From the NCBI GenBank assembly GCA_038231135.1, contig JBBRLX010000006.1:64001-128000 (forward strand): DNA of 64,000 nt. The letters are read 5' to 3'. Within the stretch, counting starts at the first letter, position 1. Each line of letters begins with the position of its first letter. This document shows, one piece after another, positions 18,535 through 28,766 of the stretch. Position numbers and translations under genes: made by a program. This stretch comes from Candidatus Eiseniibacteriota bacterium. Its GTDB lineage: Bacteria; Eisenbacteria; RBG-16-71-46. The notes below the pieces were generated by a model that worked only from the letters and a program-made list of their open reading frames with translations, was not told the DNA's origin and did no database searches.

Positions 18535-19680
18535 ATGCGCCACGCGCACTGCGACGTCCGTCATCCGGTGCTGTGCATCGTTCCGCCGCACATCCTCGAG
18601 CACCTCGCGCGCCAGGCCGATCCCGAGCTGCGCGCGATCGCCCGGGCCGCACTCCAGACGCTGCTCGCCACCGAGCGCCTGCGAAGCCGCCGCGAGTCGC
18701 TCGCCGGCATTGCGCCGCCCACGGCGCCCGCCGCAGCCGAACATCGCACGATCTACGACGCGCGCCACGGCGAGTCGCTGCCGGGGCGCGAGCGGCGCGC
18801 CGAAGGCGAGGCGCCGGTGGACGACGTTTCGGCGAACGAGGCCTACGACGGCCTCGGCGCCACCTACGAACTGTTCAGCGACGCGTTCCAGCGCCGTTCG
18901 ATCGACGGCCGGGGCGGGCGGCTCGACGCGTCGATCCACTACCGGCGGCGATTCAACAACGCGTTCTGGGACGGCGGGCAGATGGTGTTCGGCGACGGAG
19001 ATGGCGTGATCTTCCAGCGGTTCACGCGGTGCGTGGACGTGATCGGGCACGAGCTCGCGCACGGAGTCACCCAGTGCGAGGCGGCGCTCGAGTATCACGA
19101 CCAGCCGGGCGCCCTGAACGAGCACTTCTCGGACGTGTTCGGCTCGCTCGTGAAGCAGTTCCGGAACGGCGACACCGCGGATACGGCCGACTGGCTGATC
19201 GGCGCGGGCCTGTTTGAGCCCGGCGTTCACGGCGCAGCCCTGCGCTCGATGAAGGCGCCAGGCACGGCGTACGACGATCCGCGCATCGGCCGCGATCCCC
19301 AGCCGGCGCACATGCGCGACTACGACGACACGTTCGACGACAGCGGCGGCGTGCACGTGAATTCGGGGATCCCGAATCATGCGTTCCAGCTCGCCGCGAC
19401 GGCGCTCGGCGGGCATGCGTGGGAGCGGGCCGGCGTCGCGTGGTACCTGGCGCTCACGGATCGTCTCGACGCGACGGCGCAGTTCACGGACGCCGCCGAA
19501 GCGACGGTGGAAGCGGCGGGAGAGCTGTTCGGCGCGGCGGCGGCGGACGCGGTGCGGGCGGCGTGGACGGCGGTCGGCGTTCCCAGTCATGCGAGCCGGC
19601 GTACGCGGCCGCGGAGGCGGATGCATGAACATTCGGGTGGTGCGGAGCGGCGGGCTCGCCGGACTCCGAAGGCAACGTGA
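18535..19680 (+). CDS. M4 metallopeptidase (protealysin-like)
   Basis: CIVPPHIL propeptide motif; NNAFWDG; VIGHELAHGV; GALNEHFSD; GGVHVNSGIPNHAF. Confidence 0.95.
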   Translation: MRHAHCDVRHPVLCIVPPHILEHLARQADPELRAIARAALQTLLATERLRSRRESLAGIAPPTAPAAAEHRTIYDARHGESLPGRERRAEGEAPVDDVSANEAYDGLGATYELFSDAFQRRSIDGRGGRLDASIHYRRRFNNAFWDGGQMVFGDGDGVIFQRFTRCVDVIGHELAHGVTQCEAALEYHDQPGALNEHFSDVFGSLVKQFRNGDTADTADWLIGAGLFEPGVHGAALRSMKAPGTAYDDPRIGRDPQPAHMRDYDDTFDDSGGVHVNSGIPNHAFQLAATALGGHAWERAGVAWYLALTDRLDATAQFTDAAEATVEAAGELFGAAAADAVRAAWTAVGVPSHASRRTRPRRRMHEHSGGAERRARRTPKAT

Positions 19681-19930
19681 GCTCGACTCAGGCGGGCTGA
19701 GCGGAGGGGAGCGCGCGCGGCTCGAGGGTCTCGTCGACGCGGCGCGATTCTTCGAGCTGCCACACACGCTCACGCGCGGCACTCCTGACATGATCCGGTA
19801 TCGCGTCACCGTCGAGCGGGCCGGCGCGGTCCACGAGGTCGAGGTCGACGACGACCTCGCGGATTCCGCGCTGCTCGCGCTGATCGAAATCGTGCTCGAT
19901 GAACCGGGAGACCCTCACCACCGGCCGTGA
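19625..19930 (+). CDS. Protealysin inhibitor (emfourin-like)
   Basis: MNIRVVRSGGLAG...FFELP...PDMIRYRVTVE; canonical position after a protealysin-like gene. Confidence 0.88.
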   Translation: MNIRVVRSGGLAGLRRQRELDSGGLSGGERARLEGLVDAARFFELPHTLTRGTPDMIRYRVTVERAGAVHEVEVDDDLADSALLALIEIVLDEPGDPHHRP

Positions 19931-19951
19931 CGGCTGGCCTAGGGAGGTAGC

Positions 19952-21052
19952 ATGAGTCAGTTCTTCGTCGCAAATGGCAGACGGGTGGGCGCGGACGCGT
20001 CGGCAGCGCGTTTGCCAACCGCCATGGCGGCGGTGGCGGCGCCGGCGGACGCTCCCGCCCCTGCGGAATCGCCGGCGCTGGCGGACGCACCGGGATACAG
20101 CCCGATCGGCATTGGGCAGCCGCTGAGCCTCGAAATCCTCACCGCCTACGTGGGCGACCTGCCCGCGCGATTCGGCGTCGCGGGGCGCCCCGACGTGCTG
20201 ATCGCGTCGGGGGTGCGCACGCCGGTGACGTTCGACGCCGCGCCCCGCGCGATCCACGCGATCGTGCCGCGGGTGGCGGACGGCACCCGGCTCGAGCCGT
20301 CGGCGGTGCTGCCGGGCTCGCCGGTGGTCTACGCCACGCGCGCGCTCACCGCGGGCACGCTGCTGGTGTCGTTCGAGATCGCGGCCGGCACCATCGACCG
20401 GCGCTCGATCGAACGCGTCGCCGCGCTGTTCCCGCTGGCGGCCGGACTGCCGGTGTTTGCGCCGGCGTCCATGATGCTGCTCGCGGCCGGTCGCATCCTC
20501 ACGATGGGGTCGGGGCTGCTGGCGGCGTTACTGCGGCGCGAGCCGTGCCTGAGCGCCGATCTCGACCTGCGCTTCGACACCCCCGGCATGCCGACGGTCG
20601 CAGCGGGAATGGCGGCGGTGTGCAACGACGCGGACGCCGCGGAGCTCGCGAACTGCGAACTGCGCGTGCGCGGAGCCGGCGCGGAGCAGCAGATTGTGCT
20701 CGCGCATGCCGGCGGGGGGGCTGAGTACCGCGGGCGCGCGCCCTACCTGATCGTGAGCCTCGACGGCCGCCCGCGGCCCGAGCTCGACGACTTCGCCCGC
20801 ACCTACGCGACGGCCGCCATGCTGGAAAAATTCTACCGCAAGGATCCGTCGGCCGAGGTGATCGCGCTGCTTGCCGCGGCGCTCGAACTCTACAGCGATC
20901 TCGGGTTCCGCGAGCGCGCGCAGGCGCTGGTGCGCGACATGGAGGCGATGCGCGATCGCACGCTGCCCGAATATGCGGCGGCGCGGCGCATGTACGACGC
21001 GTGCCGGGCGAACATCCACGCCGAGCCGCTGCGGCTGCCGGAGGTCGCCTGA
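19952..21052 (+). CDS. Hypothetical protein
   Basis: GGGAGG RBS; 366-aa ORF with host-like codon usage; no family recognised. Confidence 0.75.
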   Translation: MSQFFVANGRRVGADASAARLPTAMAAVAAPADAPAPAESPALADAPGYSPIGIGQPLSLEILTAYVGDLPARFGVAGRPDVLIASGVRTPVTFDAAPRAIHAIVPRVADGTRLEPSAVLPGSPVVYATRALTAGTLLVSFEIAAGTIDRRSIERVAALFPLAAGLPVFAPASMMLLAAGRILTMGSGLLAALLRREPCLSADLDLRFDTPGMPTVAAGMAAVCNDADAAELANCELRVRGAGAEQQIVLAHAGGGAEYRGRAPYLIVSLDGRPRPELDDFARTYATAAMLEKFYRKDPSAEVIALLAAALELYSDLGFRERAQALVRDMEAMRDRTLPEYAAARRMYDACRANIHAEPLRLPEVA

Positions 21053-21066
21053 GCCGGTGAGCCGGA

Positions 21067-21094
21067 CCGGGGCACCGGGTGTCCGGCGCCCCGG
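21067..21094 (+). terminator. Stem-loop after the protease operon
   Basis: CCGGGGCACCGG-GTGT-CCGGCGCCCCGG (one mismatch), followed by an AT-richer tract. Confidence 0.45.
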
Positions 21095-21204
21095 AATCAC
21101 TCATTCATTTTGCCCGGCCACCCGCCGATATCTGCACTATCGGGCGCACCCTCCCCTTGGGGTAAGTGTCCGCGCATGCCATCCGTACCCGCGAGAAACC
21201 GCCC

Positions 21205-23256
21205 ATGTACCCACCCCACAGTCAGTTCCGTTCCCGAGGACGGCCTGGCACGGCGCTGTATGGCCTGCGCGTCGCGGCCGTGACTTTCGTGCTATGCGCA
21301 GGACTCGCAGCCGCGGTGCGCGCCCAGACCGCGGTTCCGTATTACGCCCATACCGGCGACAGCAATGGCCAGCCGGGCGACGTGCTCGGGAGCACACTGC
21401 GCCGCAGCCTCACCGCGCCGTCCGCCGAGGGTCGCTGGGGGGATCTGCCGCAATACGGCCGCGACCTGTTCCTGCCGGGGGCCAACGCGTTCGCCCCGCC
21501 CGAGAGCGGTCCCGTCGATCCGCAGTACGTGCTCGGGCCGGGCGACGAGATCACCGTGTTCATATCGGGGTTGTCGGACACCAGCTACGCGCTCGGGATC
21601 AACCGCGAGGGCAAGGTGTTCCTGCCGCGTGTCGGCAGCACCTACCTGTGGGGGCTGTCGTATGCCGACGCCGAGAGTCTGATCGTGTCGCGCGTCGGCA
21701 GCGTGCTCCGCAACGCCAAGGTTCAGGTGTCGATGGGCCGCATGCGCACGATCGACATCTTCGTGCTCGGCCAGGTGCGCTCACCCGGCAAGCGCACGCT
21801 GTCGGGCCTCGCGACCACGTTCCACGCGCTGATCGCCGCCGGCGGGCCCACCGAACTCGGCAGCCTGCGCGACGTGCGCGTGCTGCGGTCGAACCGGGAA
21901 GTGGCGCGCTTCGACTGCTATCCGTTCCTGCTCGAGGGCGACCGATCGAACGACGTGCGCCTCGAGTCGGGCGACGTGGTGTTCGTGGGCGCCGCGCGGC
22001 CGCGCGCCGGCATCCAGGGCGCGGTGGCGCATCCCGCGGTGTACGAGATGGACGAGCCGTTCACGCTGCGCCGGCTGCTGAAGCTCGCCGGCGGCGCGAC
22101 GCCGTTCGCCGACCTCGCGCGCATCCAGATCGAACGCGTCGACGCCAACGGCGGCTTCCGGCTCCAGGATCTGCCGCTCGACCACGGCCACGGCGTCGAT
22201 CCCGACTCGCTGCTGCTGTCGGACTACGACCTCGTGACGGTGCTGGCGTTGAACGAGCGCGTGAAGAATTACGTGACGCTCGATGGCTTCGTGCGGCACC
22301 CCGGGTCCTACGAGCTGGCGCCGAACATGAAGCTGTCGACGCTCGTGGCGCGCGACCAGTTGCTGCCCGAGGCCGCGCTCGATCGCGCGGAGCTGAGGCG
22401 CCTGAACCCGGTGACGTTCGCCGTCGAAGTGCATCCATTCAGTCTGACCGACGTGCTCGCCGGCCGCACCGACATGCCGCTGCAGTCGCTCGACGCCGTG
22501 ACCGTGTTCTCGAGTGCGCGCATGCCGCGCACGATCGTGATGGAAGGCGAGCTGGCGCGCCCCGGAGCCTACACGCTGACGCCGGGCGAGCGGCTGTCGT
22601 CGGTGATCGCGCGCGCGGGCGGGCTGACCCCGATGGCGTCGCTGCGGGCCGCGGTGTTCACGCGCGCCAGCGCCGCCGCCACCGAACGCAAGGCCAGCCA
22701 GGACTTCCTGATGCGCCAGCAGGTCGAGATCGCCCGCCAGCGCGCGGACCTGGCGGCGCAGGGTGACAGCGTCAATGCCGCCGCGGTGGCGACGGCACAG
22801 ATGCAACTGCTCGCAGCGCTCGAGAAGAGCGCCAAGCCCGGCCGGGTGGTGCTCAATCTCGACGACCGGGGGCGCTGGCAGAACACGGTGCGCGATCCGG
22901 AGCTCGAGGACGGCGACCGGCTGTTCGTGCCCGAACACCCGACCACGGTCGCGGTGATCGGCAGCGTCAAGAACCCGGGCACGCTGCTCGCGCGTCCCGG
23001 CGCCTCGTCGGGCGACTACATGCGCGAGTCCGGCGGTGCGTCGCGCGAGGCCGACCTGGGCCGCAGTTACGTGCTGCGCGCGAACGGCTCGGCGCTCCGC
23101 TACCGGCCCGGCCTCAGGCTCGATGCCGGCGACGCGGTGGTGATCACGCCGCGCGGCGCCGGTACTTCGCTCGGCAAGGTTGCCGGCGCGGGCACCCGCT
23201 GGCTGCTCGACATCTCGGTGGCCGCGGCCCTCATCCTCGCCGCCACGAAGCGGTGA
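21205..23256 (+). CDS. Polysaccharide export protein with multiple SLBB domains (Wza/KpsD-like)
   Basis: YGRDLF...YVLGPGDEI Poly_export motif; repeated G.V..PG.Y SLBB units. Confidence 0.9.
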   Translation: MYPPHSQFRSRGRPGTALYGLRVAAVTFVLCAGLAAAVRAQTAVPYYAHTGDSNGQPGDVLGSTLRRSLTAPSAEGRWGDLPQYGRDLFLPGANAFAPPESGPVDPQYVLGPGDEITVFISGLSDTSYALGINREGKVFLPRVGSTYLWGLSYADAESLIVSRVGSVLRNAKVQVSMGRMRTIDIFVLGQVRSPGKRTLSGLATTFHALIAAGGPTELGSLRDVRVLRSNREVARFDCYPFLLEGDRSNDVRLESGDVVFVGAARPRAGIQGAVAHPAVYEMDEPFTLRRLLKLAGGATPFADLARIQIERVDANGGFRLQDLPLDHGHGVDPDSLLLSDYDLVTVLALNERVKNYVTLDGFVRHPGSYELAPNMKLSTLVARDQLLPEAALDRAELRRLNPVTFAVEVHPFSLTDVLAGRTDMPLQSLDAVTVFSSARMPRTIVMEGELARPGAYTLTPGERLSSVIARAGGLTPMASLRAAVFTRASAAATERKASQDFLMRQQVEIARQRADLAAQGDSVNAAAVATAQMQLLAALEKSAKPGRVVLNLDDRGRWQNTVRDPELEDGDRLFVPEHPTTVAVIGSVKNPGTLLARPGASSGDYMRESGGASREADLGRSYVLRANGSALRYRPGLRLDAGDAVVITPRGAGTSLGKVAGAGTRWLLDISVAAALILAATKR

Positions 23257-24419
23257 CACCGGTGACGGACGCCCCGATGTTGCGATTCGACCTGCCGAAG
23301 ATCGCGCGGCTGGCGTGGCAACGGCGGGGCTGGCTGCTGCGGGTGAATCTCGCCGTGGCCGCGCTCGCGGTCGCCTTGGTGCTGCTGCTGCCACGCTGGT
23401 ACACCGCCTCGGTCACGCTGGTGCCCGGCTCGGACGGCTCATGGCTCGACCTGAGCGGCACCGGGGTCGGGCTCGGCAGCGCAATGTCGATGACGCTGGG
23501 TGCGCAGCCGACGCCCCAGGATCAGCTGCGCATGGTGATCAAGAGCCGAGCGCTCGCGGACTCGCTGATCCGCACCAGCCGGCTGCAGCAGCTGTGGCAC
23601 GAGAAGCAGCTGCGGCACGCCCGCGAAAAGCTCGCCGACTATACGACGGTGTCGACGCCCAAGGAGGGCCAGGTCGAGGTCGAGGTCGAAGCGCGCACGC
23701 CCCAGCTCGCGCTCGAGCTGGCGCAGAGCTATGCGAAATTCGCCGGCATGGAGACCGTGCGGCTCAAGACCAGCCTCGCCGCCCAGCGGCGCATGTATCT
23801 GGGGCAGCGGCTCGACGAGGTCGAGCGCGAGCTGGACCTGGCCGGCCAGCGGGTGCGCGCGTTCGAAGAGCTGCACCGCACGGTGAGTCTTCCCGATCAG
23901 GCGCGCGCCACGCTCGACGCCGAAGGCGCGCTGCAGGCGCAGGTGGCATTGCTCGAGACGGAGCTCGCGGCCACGCGCCGGTTCTTCACCGACAACTCGG
24001 CCGAGGTGCAGACGCTGCGCGACCGTGTGGACGAGCTGAAGCGCCAGACGCGCCGGATCGAGAACGGCGGCCAGGACGCGCTGCCCGGCAACGGTGTGCT
24101 GCCGGCGCTCAAGCAGGAGTACCTGAGGCTCACGCGCGAGCAGGCGAGTCTCGGCTCCGTCGCCGAGTTGCTGGGGCGGTTCTACGAGCAGGCGCGCGTC
24201 GAGGAATCGAACCCGGTGCCCACGTTCTCGATCCTGGACGCACCCGAGCTGCCGGAGCGGCCCTCGCGGCCGGCGCGCGGCATCACCATCGCGCTGACCT
24301 GCATGGTGGCGTTCGCCGCCTCGCTCGGCTATCTCGTGTGGCGTGAAGCACGCGCCGGCGCCGCGCCGGCACAGGAGTCCGCCGCCCCCGGAACGGACAT
24401 TTCGCGAGCCGCCGCTTGA
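23253..24419 (+). CDS. Wzz/GumC-like chain-length determinant (no kinase domain)
   Basis: TM-PRWYTASVTL; coiled coil; ILDAPELPERPSRP before the second TM. Confidence 0.88.
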   Translation: MTPVTDAPMLRFDLPKIARLAWQRRGWLLRVNLAVAALAVALVLLLPRWYTASVTLVPGSDGSWLDLSGTGVGLGSAMSMTLGAQPTPQDQLRMVIKSRALADSLIRTSRLQQLWHEKQLRHAREKLADYTTVSTPKEGQVEVEVEARTPQLALELAQSYAKFAGMETVRLKTSLAAQRRMYLGQRLDEVERELDLAGQRVRAFEELHRTVSLPDQARATLDAEGALQAQVALLETELAATRRFFTDNSAEVQTLRDRVDELKRQTRRIENGGQDALPGNGVLPALKQEYLRLTREQASLGSVAELLGRFYEQARVEESNPVPTFSILDAPELPERPSRPARGITIALTCMVAFAASLGYLVWREARAGAAPAQESAAPGTDISRAAA

Positions 24420-25537
24420 AACACCGCGCGCGCGTCCTGTTCGAGCCGCATCTCGACCCGGCCGTGGCCACCGGCGCGCGGGACGCGATGGCGCTGTGGG
24501 TCGCGGGCGTGCTGTGGCTCGTGGTGTGCGGCGTCGTGGCGCGCCTGGACTTGACGGAACTGATGCCGGCGGCGCTCGGCGGCGCGCTGGTCCTCGCGAT
24601 CAGCGGACGCTTCCTGCTGAGTCTTGGCTGGTTCCCCGTGGCCACCGCGCTCGCGATCCTGGTCGATCCGCTGCTCGCGCAGTCCGGTGCGCGCCGCGGC
24701 AGCCTCGCGCATCTCGATCTCGTGGTGCTGGCGGTGCTCACGCTGACGGTGTCGCGGGTGATCACCGGCGGCGCGGGACGCATTCCCCGGATCCTGCGGC
24801 AGCCCTCGCTGCACCTGATCCTGGGCGCGCTGATCGTCGCCATCGCCGCGGCATCGACCGCGCACAACGGGATCGCCGAAGCCCGCGCCGTGGCCCGCGG
24901 GCTGACCGCATTCGCGGTCGGGGCGGTGATCTTCGCGCGCGCGCCGCGCGCGTCGCGGCTGTGGAGCGCGGCGGCGGTCGTGGCGTCGGCGATCATCGTG
25001 GCCGCGGCGATTGCGCTGACGGTGCACGGGATCCCGGGGCTCGCGGTGCTCGCGGTCGCGGCGGAGCGCGGCTGGCAGGCGCCCCGGGCGCTGATGCATA
25101 CGCTGCTGTTCGTGGCGCCGGTTACGATGGGATTCGCGCTCGACCGCTCGCGGCCCGTCGAGCGCGGCGGCCTGCTCGCAGTCGGCATCGCGGCACTCGC
25201 GACCGCCGAGGCGTTCGTGATCGCTCGCGGTGGCACGTGGCCGGTGTTCGCGCCGAACTTCGACCCGATTCACCTCGCCCTGCCGTATGCGCTGCTCGCC
25301 GTGGCCGTGACCGGCGCCATCGTCGTGAGCGCCGCACGTCCGCGCGAGCGCGGTTGCTGGACCGGTCTCGCGCTCGGGTTCTCGAGCCTGTTGATTGCGG
25401 ACGTGCCCTCGGCGTCGCTGTCCGCCGTGCCCGTGCTGCTGCTGAGCGCCGCCGCATTGGGCGCCGTCTCGACCGCTCTCGATCGCGAGGATCTGAGCAT
25501 GGCGGAGGATGACGTGCCGGTGGCAGAGGCGGCATGA
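24416..25537 (+). CDS. Polytopic membrane protein, possibly a divergent Wzy/O-antigen ligase
   Basis: About 10 hydrophobic segments; overlaps both neighbours in the polysaccharide operon; TTG start. Confidence 0.6.
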   Translation: MKHRARVLFEPHLDPAVATGARDAMALWVAGVLWLVVCGVVARLDLTELMPAALGGALVLAISGRFLLSLGWFPVATALAILVDPLLAQSGARRGSLAHLDLVVLAVLTLTVSRVITGGAGRIPRILRQPSLHLILGALIVAIAAASTAHNGIAEARAVARGLTAFAVGAVIFARAPRASRLWSAAAVVASAIIVAAAIALTVHGIPGLAVLAVAAERGWQAPRALMHTLLFVAPVTMGFALDRSRPVERGGLLAVGIAALATAEAFVIARGGTWPVFAPNFDPIHLALPYALLAVAVTGAIVVSAARPRERGCWTGLALGFSSLLIADVPSASLSAVPVLLLSAAALGAVSTALDREDLSMAEDDVPVAEAA

Positions 25538-26460
25538 GTGAGCCGCGCGTCTCGGTCGTGATCGTGAGCTATCGTTCACGCGAATCGCTCGCCGAATGCC
25601 TGCCTGCACTCCAGGCGTGCCGCGGGCGCGTGCCGCTCGAGGTGATCGTGGTGGACAACGCGTCCGGTGACGGCACCGAGGAATGGGTGCGCGCCACGCA
25701 TCCGTGGGTGCGGGTCATTGCCGCCGGCGCCAACGAAGGCTATTCGCGCGGGATCAATCGCGGCGTCGCCGTCGCCACCGGCGACGCGTTCCTGATCCTC
25801 AATCCGGATTGCATCGTGACGCCCGGCAGCCTCGAGAGCCTGCTGGCCGCGACCGGGCAGCGCGCCGATCTCGCGGCAGCGGCGCCGGCGCTGGCCGACG
25901 AACACGGCCGGGTGATGCGGTCCTGCGGCCGGTTCCCGTCCCTGTGGACGCTGGTGTGCGACCATCTCGGCCCGGTGCGATGGTTCCCCAACTCGCACGC
26001 GTTCGGCGGATACAAGTACGGAGAACGGTCCATGGCGTCGCTGGGCGATGTCGACTGGGCCTCGGGAGCAGCATTGCTGGTGCCGCGCACCGCATGGGAG
26101 CGCACCGGGCCGTTCGACGGCAACATCTTCATGTACATGGAAGAAGTCGACTGGTGCCGCCGCGCCGCGACCGCCGGATTGCGGGTGCAGTACGTGCCCG
26201 CGGCGACGATCGTTCATTACGGGCAGCGCTCGTCCTCGCTGGTGCCGGGCGCGACCTACCTGCACAACCTGCGGGCGCGGGTGTACTACTTCCGCAAGCA
26301 CCACGGGCGGCTCGCGGCGGGGTGCGCGCAACTGGTGCTGATCGCGAGTCTGCTCGGCAAGTGGAGCGTGACCGCGCTGCGCGGCGGGCTCGGGCACGCG
26401 CACGTGTATGCGCTCGGCCTCCGGGCCGTGTGGGAACCGCCGCAGGAGCGACCGATATGA
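25534..26460 (+). CDS. Glycosyltransferase family 2 (WbbL-like)
   Basis: VIVVDNASGDGT, NEGYSRGIN, ILNPD, WASGAALL and FMYMEEVDWC motifs. Confidence 0.93.
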   Translation: MSEPRVSVVIVSYRSRESLAECLPALQACRGRVPLEVIVVDNASGDGTEEWVRATHPWVRVIAAGANEGYSRGINRGVAVATGDAFLILNPDCIVTPGSLESLLAATGQRADLAAAAPALADEHGRVMRSCGRFPSLWTLVCDHLGPVRWFPNSHAFGGYKYGERSMASLGDVDWASGAALLVPRTAWERTGPFDGNIFMYMEEVDWCRRAATAGLRVQYVPAATIVHYGQRSSSLVPGATYLHNLRARVYYFRKHHGRLAAGCAQLVLIASLLGKWSVTALRGGLGHAHVYALGLRAVWEPPQERPI

Positions 26461-27497
26461 GACTGCGCCTGGGAGTCGTCGCCGCGTTGTTGCTGACGTT
26501 CGCATCGGAGCCGCAGGTCTCGCTGGGCGCCGCCGCCGCGGGCACGGTGCGCGCCGCGTACTGCTACGGCTACATGAGCCCGTCGCACGTCGATTCGCTC
26601 GCGGCTCACGGGTTCACGCGCGCGATCGTCCACACCATCTCCGACTCGATCGACGCCCGTAGCGTCACCGAGTTCCGCGGCTTCGCCCTCAGGTCCGCGG
26701 CGACCGGCCTCGAGTTCGTGCCCGAGTGGCTGTTCCAGTCGGATTCCCGGCTGGCCTTGAGGCCCGCGGCGCGCCGCTACACCTGGGGGCGCGGCACGAT
26801 CGAGGCGGCGGTGCCGTGTCCGCTCGATTCCGTCTACTGGCAGCGCGCGGTGTTCGACGCGGCCGACAGCGTGCTCGCCGCGGTGCCGGGCGTGGCGCGC
26901 GTGGCGGTGGACCTCGAGTTGTACCGCGACTCGCGCCATCACTACGACGCCGGGCCGTGCCGCTGCGCGGCGTGCCTGAGCGAATACCTGGTCGCCACGC
27001 CGGCGCTCGCCGGCCGTGATCCTTCGCGGCTGGGCGGACTCGCGGGCTGGGAGGAATCGCGCGTGGCCGCGTTTCTCAGGCCGATGCTGCGGCAGTTCGC
27101 GCGGCGGCATCCGGGCGTGCGGCTCGAGGTGTTCGACCTCGACCTCGACTCGTTCGTCCACCGGGCGCTGGGGCGCGCGCTGGCGCGCACCGCCGTGCCG
27201 ACCACCGACTACACCGAGCGCACGTACAGCACCGGCAGCGGCTCGCTGCAGGCTGCGCGCGACCGGCTGCGAAGCATCGGTCTCGCCGCCACGCCGCTCG
27301 TCGGCGGGCTGTGGCTCAAGCGGTATTCACCCGCGGCGCTGGTCGTCGCGATGCATGCGATCGAGCACGCCGCCGATGGCGTGTTCCTGTTCACCACCTA
27401 CAGCCTCGTGGTCGACGCGTCGAAGCTCACCGGCGGCTACGCGCTGCAGGGTGATGCGCGCGACTACTGGAACGCGCTCGGGAGCGACAGCCCATGA
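26457..27497 (+). CDS. Exported protein, putative glycoside-hydrolase-like TIM barrel
   Basis: ATG overlaps the GT2 stop; signal peptide; PCPLDSVYW, AVDLELY and CRCAAC motifs. Confidence 0.65.
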   Translation: MRLRLGVVAALLLTFASEPQVSLGAAAAGTVRAAYCYGYMSPSHVDSLAAHGFTRAIVHTISDSIDARSVTEFRGFALRSAATGLEFVPEWLFQSDSRLALRPAARRYTWGRGTIEAAVPCPLDSVYWQRAVFDAADSVLAAVPGVARVAVDLELYRDSRHHYDAGPCRCAACLSEYLVATPALAGRDPSRLGGLAGWEESRVAAFLRPMLRQFARRHPGVRLEVFDLDLDSFVHRALGRALARTAVPTTDYTERTYSTGSGSLQAARDRLRSIGLAATPLVGGLWLKRYSPAALVVAMHAIEHAADGVFLFTTYSLVVDASKLTGGYALQGDARDYWNALGSDSP

Positions 27498-28705
27498 CCC
27501 AACCGAATCACTCAGGCATCGAGCGCCGCACCGGCCAGGAGCCGCCGATCCGCATGCTGCACGTCATCACGCGGCTGGTCCGCGGCGGCGCCGACGAGAA
27601 CACGCTGCACACCGTGCGGAGTCTCGATCCGCGCCGCTACGTCGTCGATCTGGCGGTCGGCGACGGCTCGGACGAATCGCTGCTGACGGAGTTCGATCCC
27701 GGGCGCATCCACCGGCTGCCGGAATTGACCCGCAACCCGAATCCGTTCAAGGACGTCGCCGCGCTGGTGCGGATGGCGCTGCTCATCCGCCACGGCGACT
27801 ACCGGATCGTGCACACCCATACCGCGAAGGCCGGGTTCCTCGGGCGGCTCGCGGCGGCGCTGGCGGGCACGCCGATCATCGTGCACACCGTGCACGGCAC
27901 CACGTTCCCGGACCACCTGTCGGCGCCGATGCGCGCGTTCTACGTGCTGCTCGAGCGCATCGCCGGGCGCTTCACGCACCAGTTCATCACCGTCGGCGAG
28001 GACATGCGCGCCATCTACGTGAACGCCGGCATCGGGGACGCCGCGAGCTACGAGACGATCTACTCGGGCATGCCGCTGCAGGAGTTTCTCGACGCCGGCG
28101 CGATGGACGACGCGGAACGTGCGGAACTGCGCGCCACGCTCGGCTACGGCCCCGGCCTTCAGCTCGTCGTGGTGGCCGCCCGGCTCGAATCGCGCAAGGG
28201 CCACAGCTACCTGTTCGACGCCGTCGCGCTCATCCGCGAGCGGCATCCCGACCTGCGGGTGCTGGTGCTCGGCGAGGGTCCGCTGCGCCGCGAGCTGGAG
28301 GCGCGCACGCGCGAGCTCGGCATCGACGGCGTGGTGCGGTTCTTCGGCCACCGAATGGATTTCGCGCGGGTGCTCGCGGCCTGCGACATCTCGGTACTCA
28401 CGTCGTTGTGGGAGGGCCTGCCGCGGGTGCTCGTCCAGTCCGCGGCCGCCGGCCGGCCGATCGTGACGTTCGACGTCGAGGGCGCGTGGGAGGTGGTCCG
28501 CGAAGGCGTGAACGGGCTGATCGTCCCGTCGAAGGACGTGGCGACGCTGGCGTCGCGGCTCGACCGGCTGCTCACCGACCGCGAATGGGCGCGCGCACTC
28601 GGCGCCGCGGGCCCGGCGCGCGTGACCGACCAGTGGACCGTGGAGGCGATGATCGACCGGCTGGATCGCACCTACCAGGAACTGAACGACACCCACGCCG
28701 CGTGA
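27494..28705 (+). CDS. Glycosyltransferase family 4
   Basis: HVITRLVRGGA, VHTHTAKAG, ARLESRKGH and TSLWEGLPRVL motifs. Confidence 0.94.
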   Translation: MTQPNHSGIERRTGQEPPIRMLHVITRLVRGGADENTLHTVRSLDPRRYVVDLAVGDGSDESLLTEFDPGRIHRLPELTRNPNPFKDVAALVRMALLIRHGDYRIVHTHTAKAGFLGRLAAALAGTPIIVHTVHGTTFPDHLSAPMRAFYVLLERIAGRFTHQFITVGEDMRAIYVNAGIGDAASYETIYSGMPLQEFLDAGAMDDAERAELRATLGYGPGLQLVVVAARLESRKGHSYLFDAVALIRERHPDLRVLVLGEGPLRRELEARTRELGIDGVVRFFGHRMDFARVLAACDISVLTSLWEGLPRVLVQSAAAGRPIVTFDVEGAWEVVREGVNGLIVPSKDVATLASRLDRLLTDREWARALGAAGPARVTDQWTVEAMIDRLDRTYQELNDTHAA

Positions 28706-28766
28706 GCGGCAGCGGACTTTAGGCGCGGCAGGCCAGGCGCCACGGGACCCCAGGGAAGGCGAAGAC

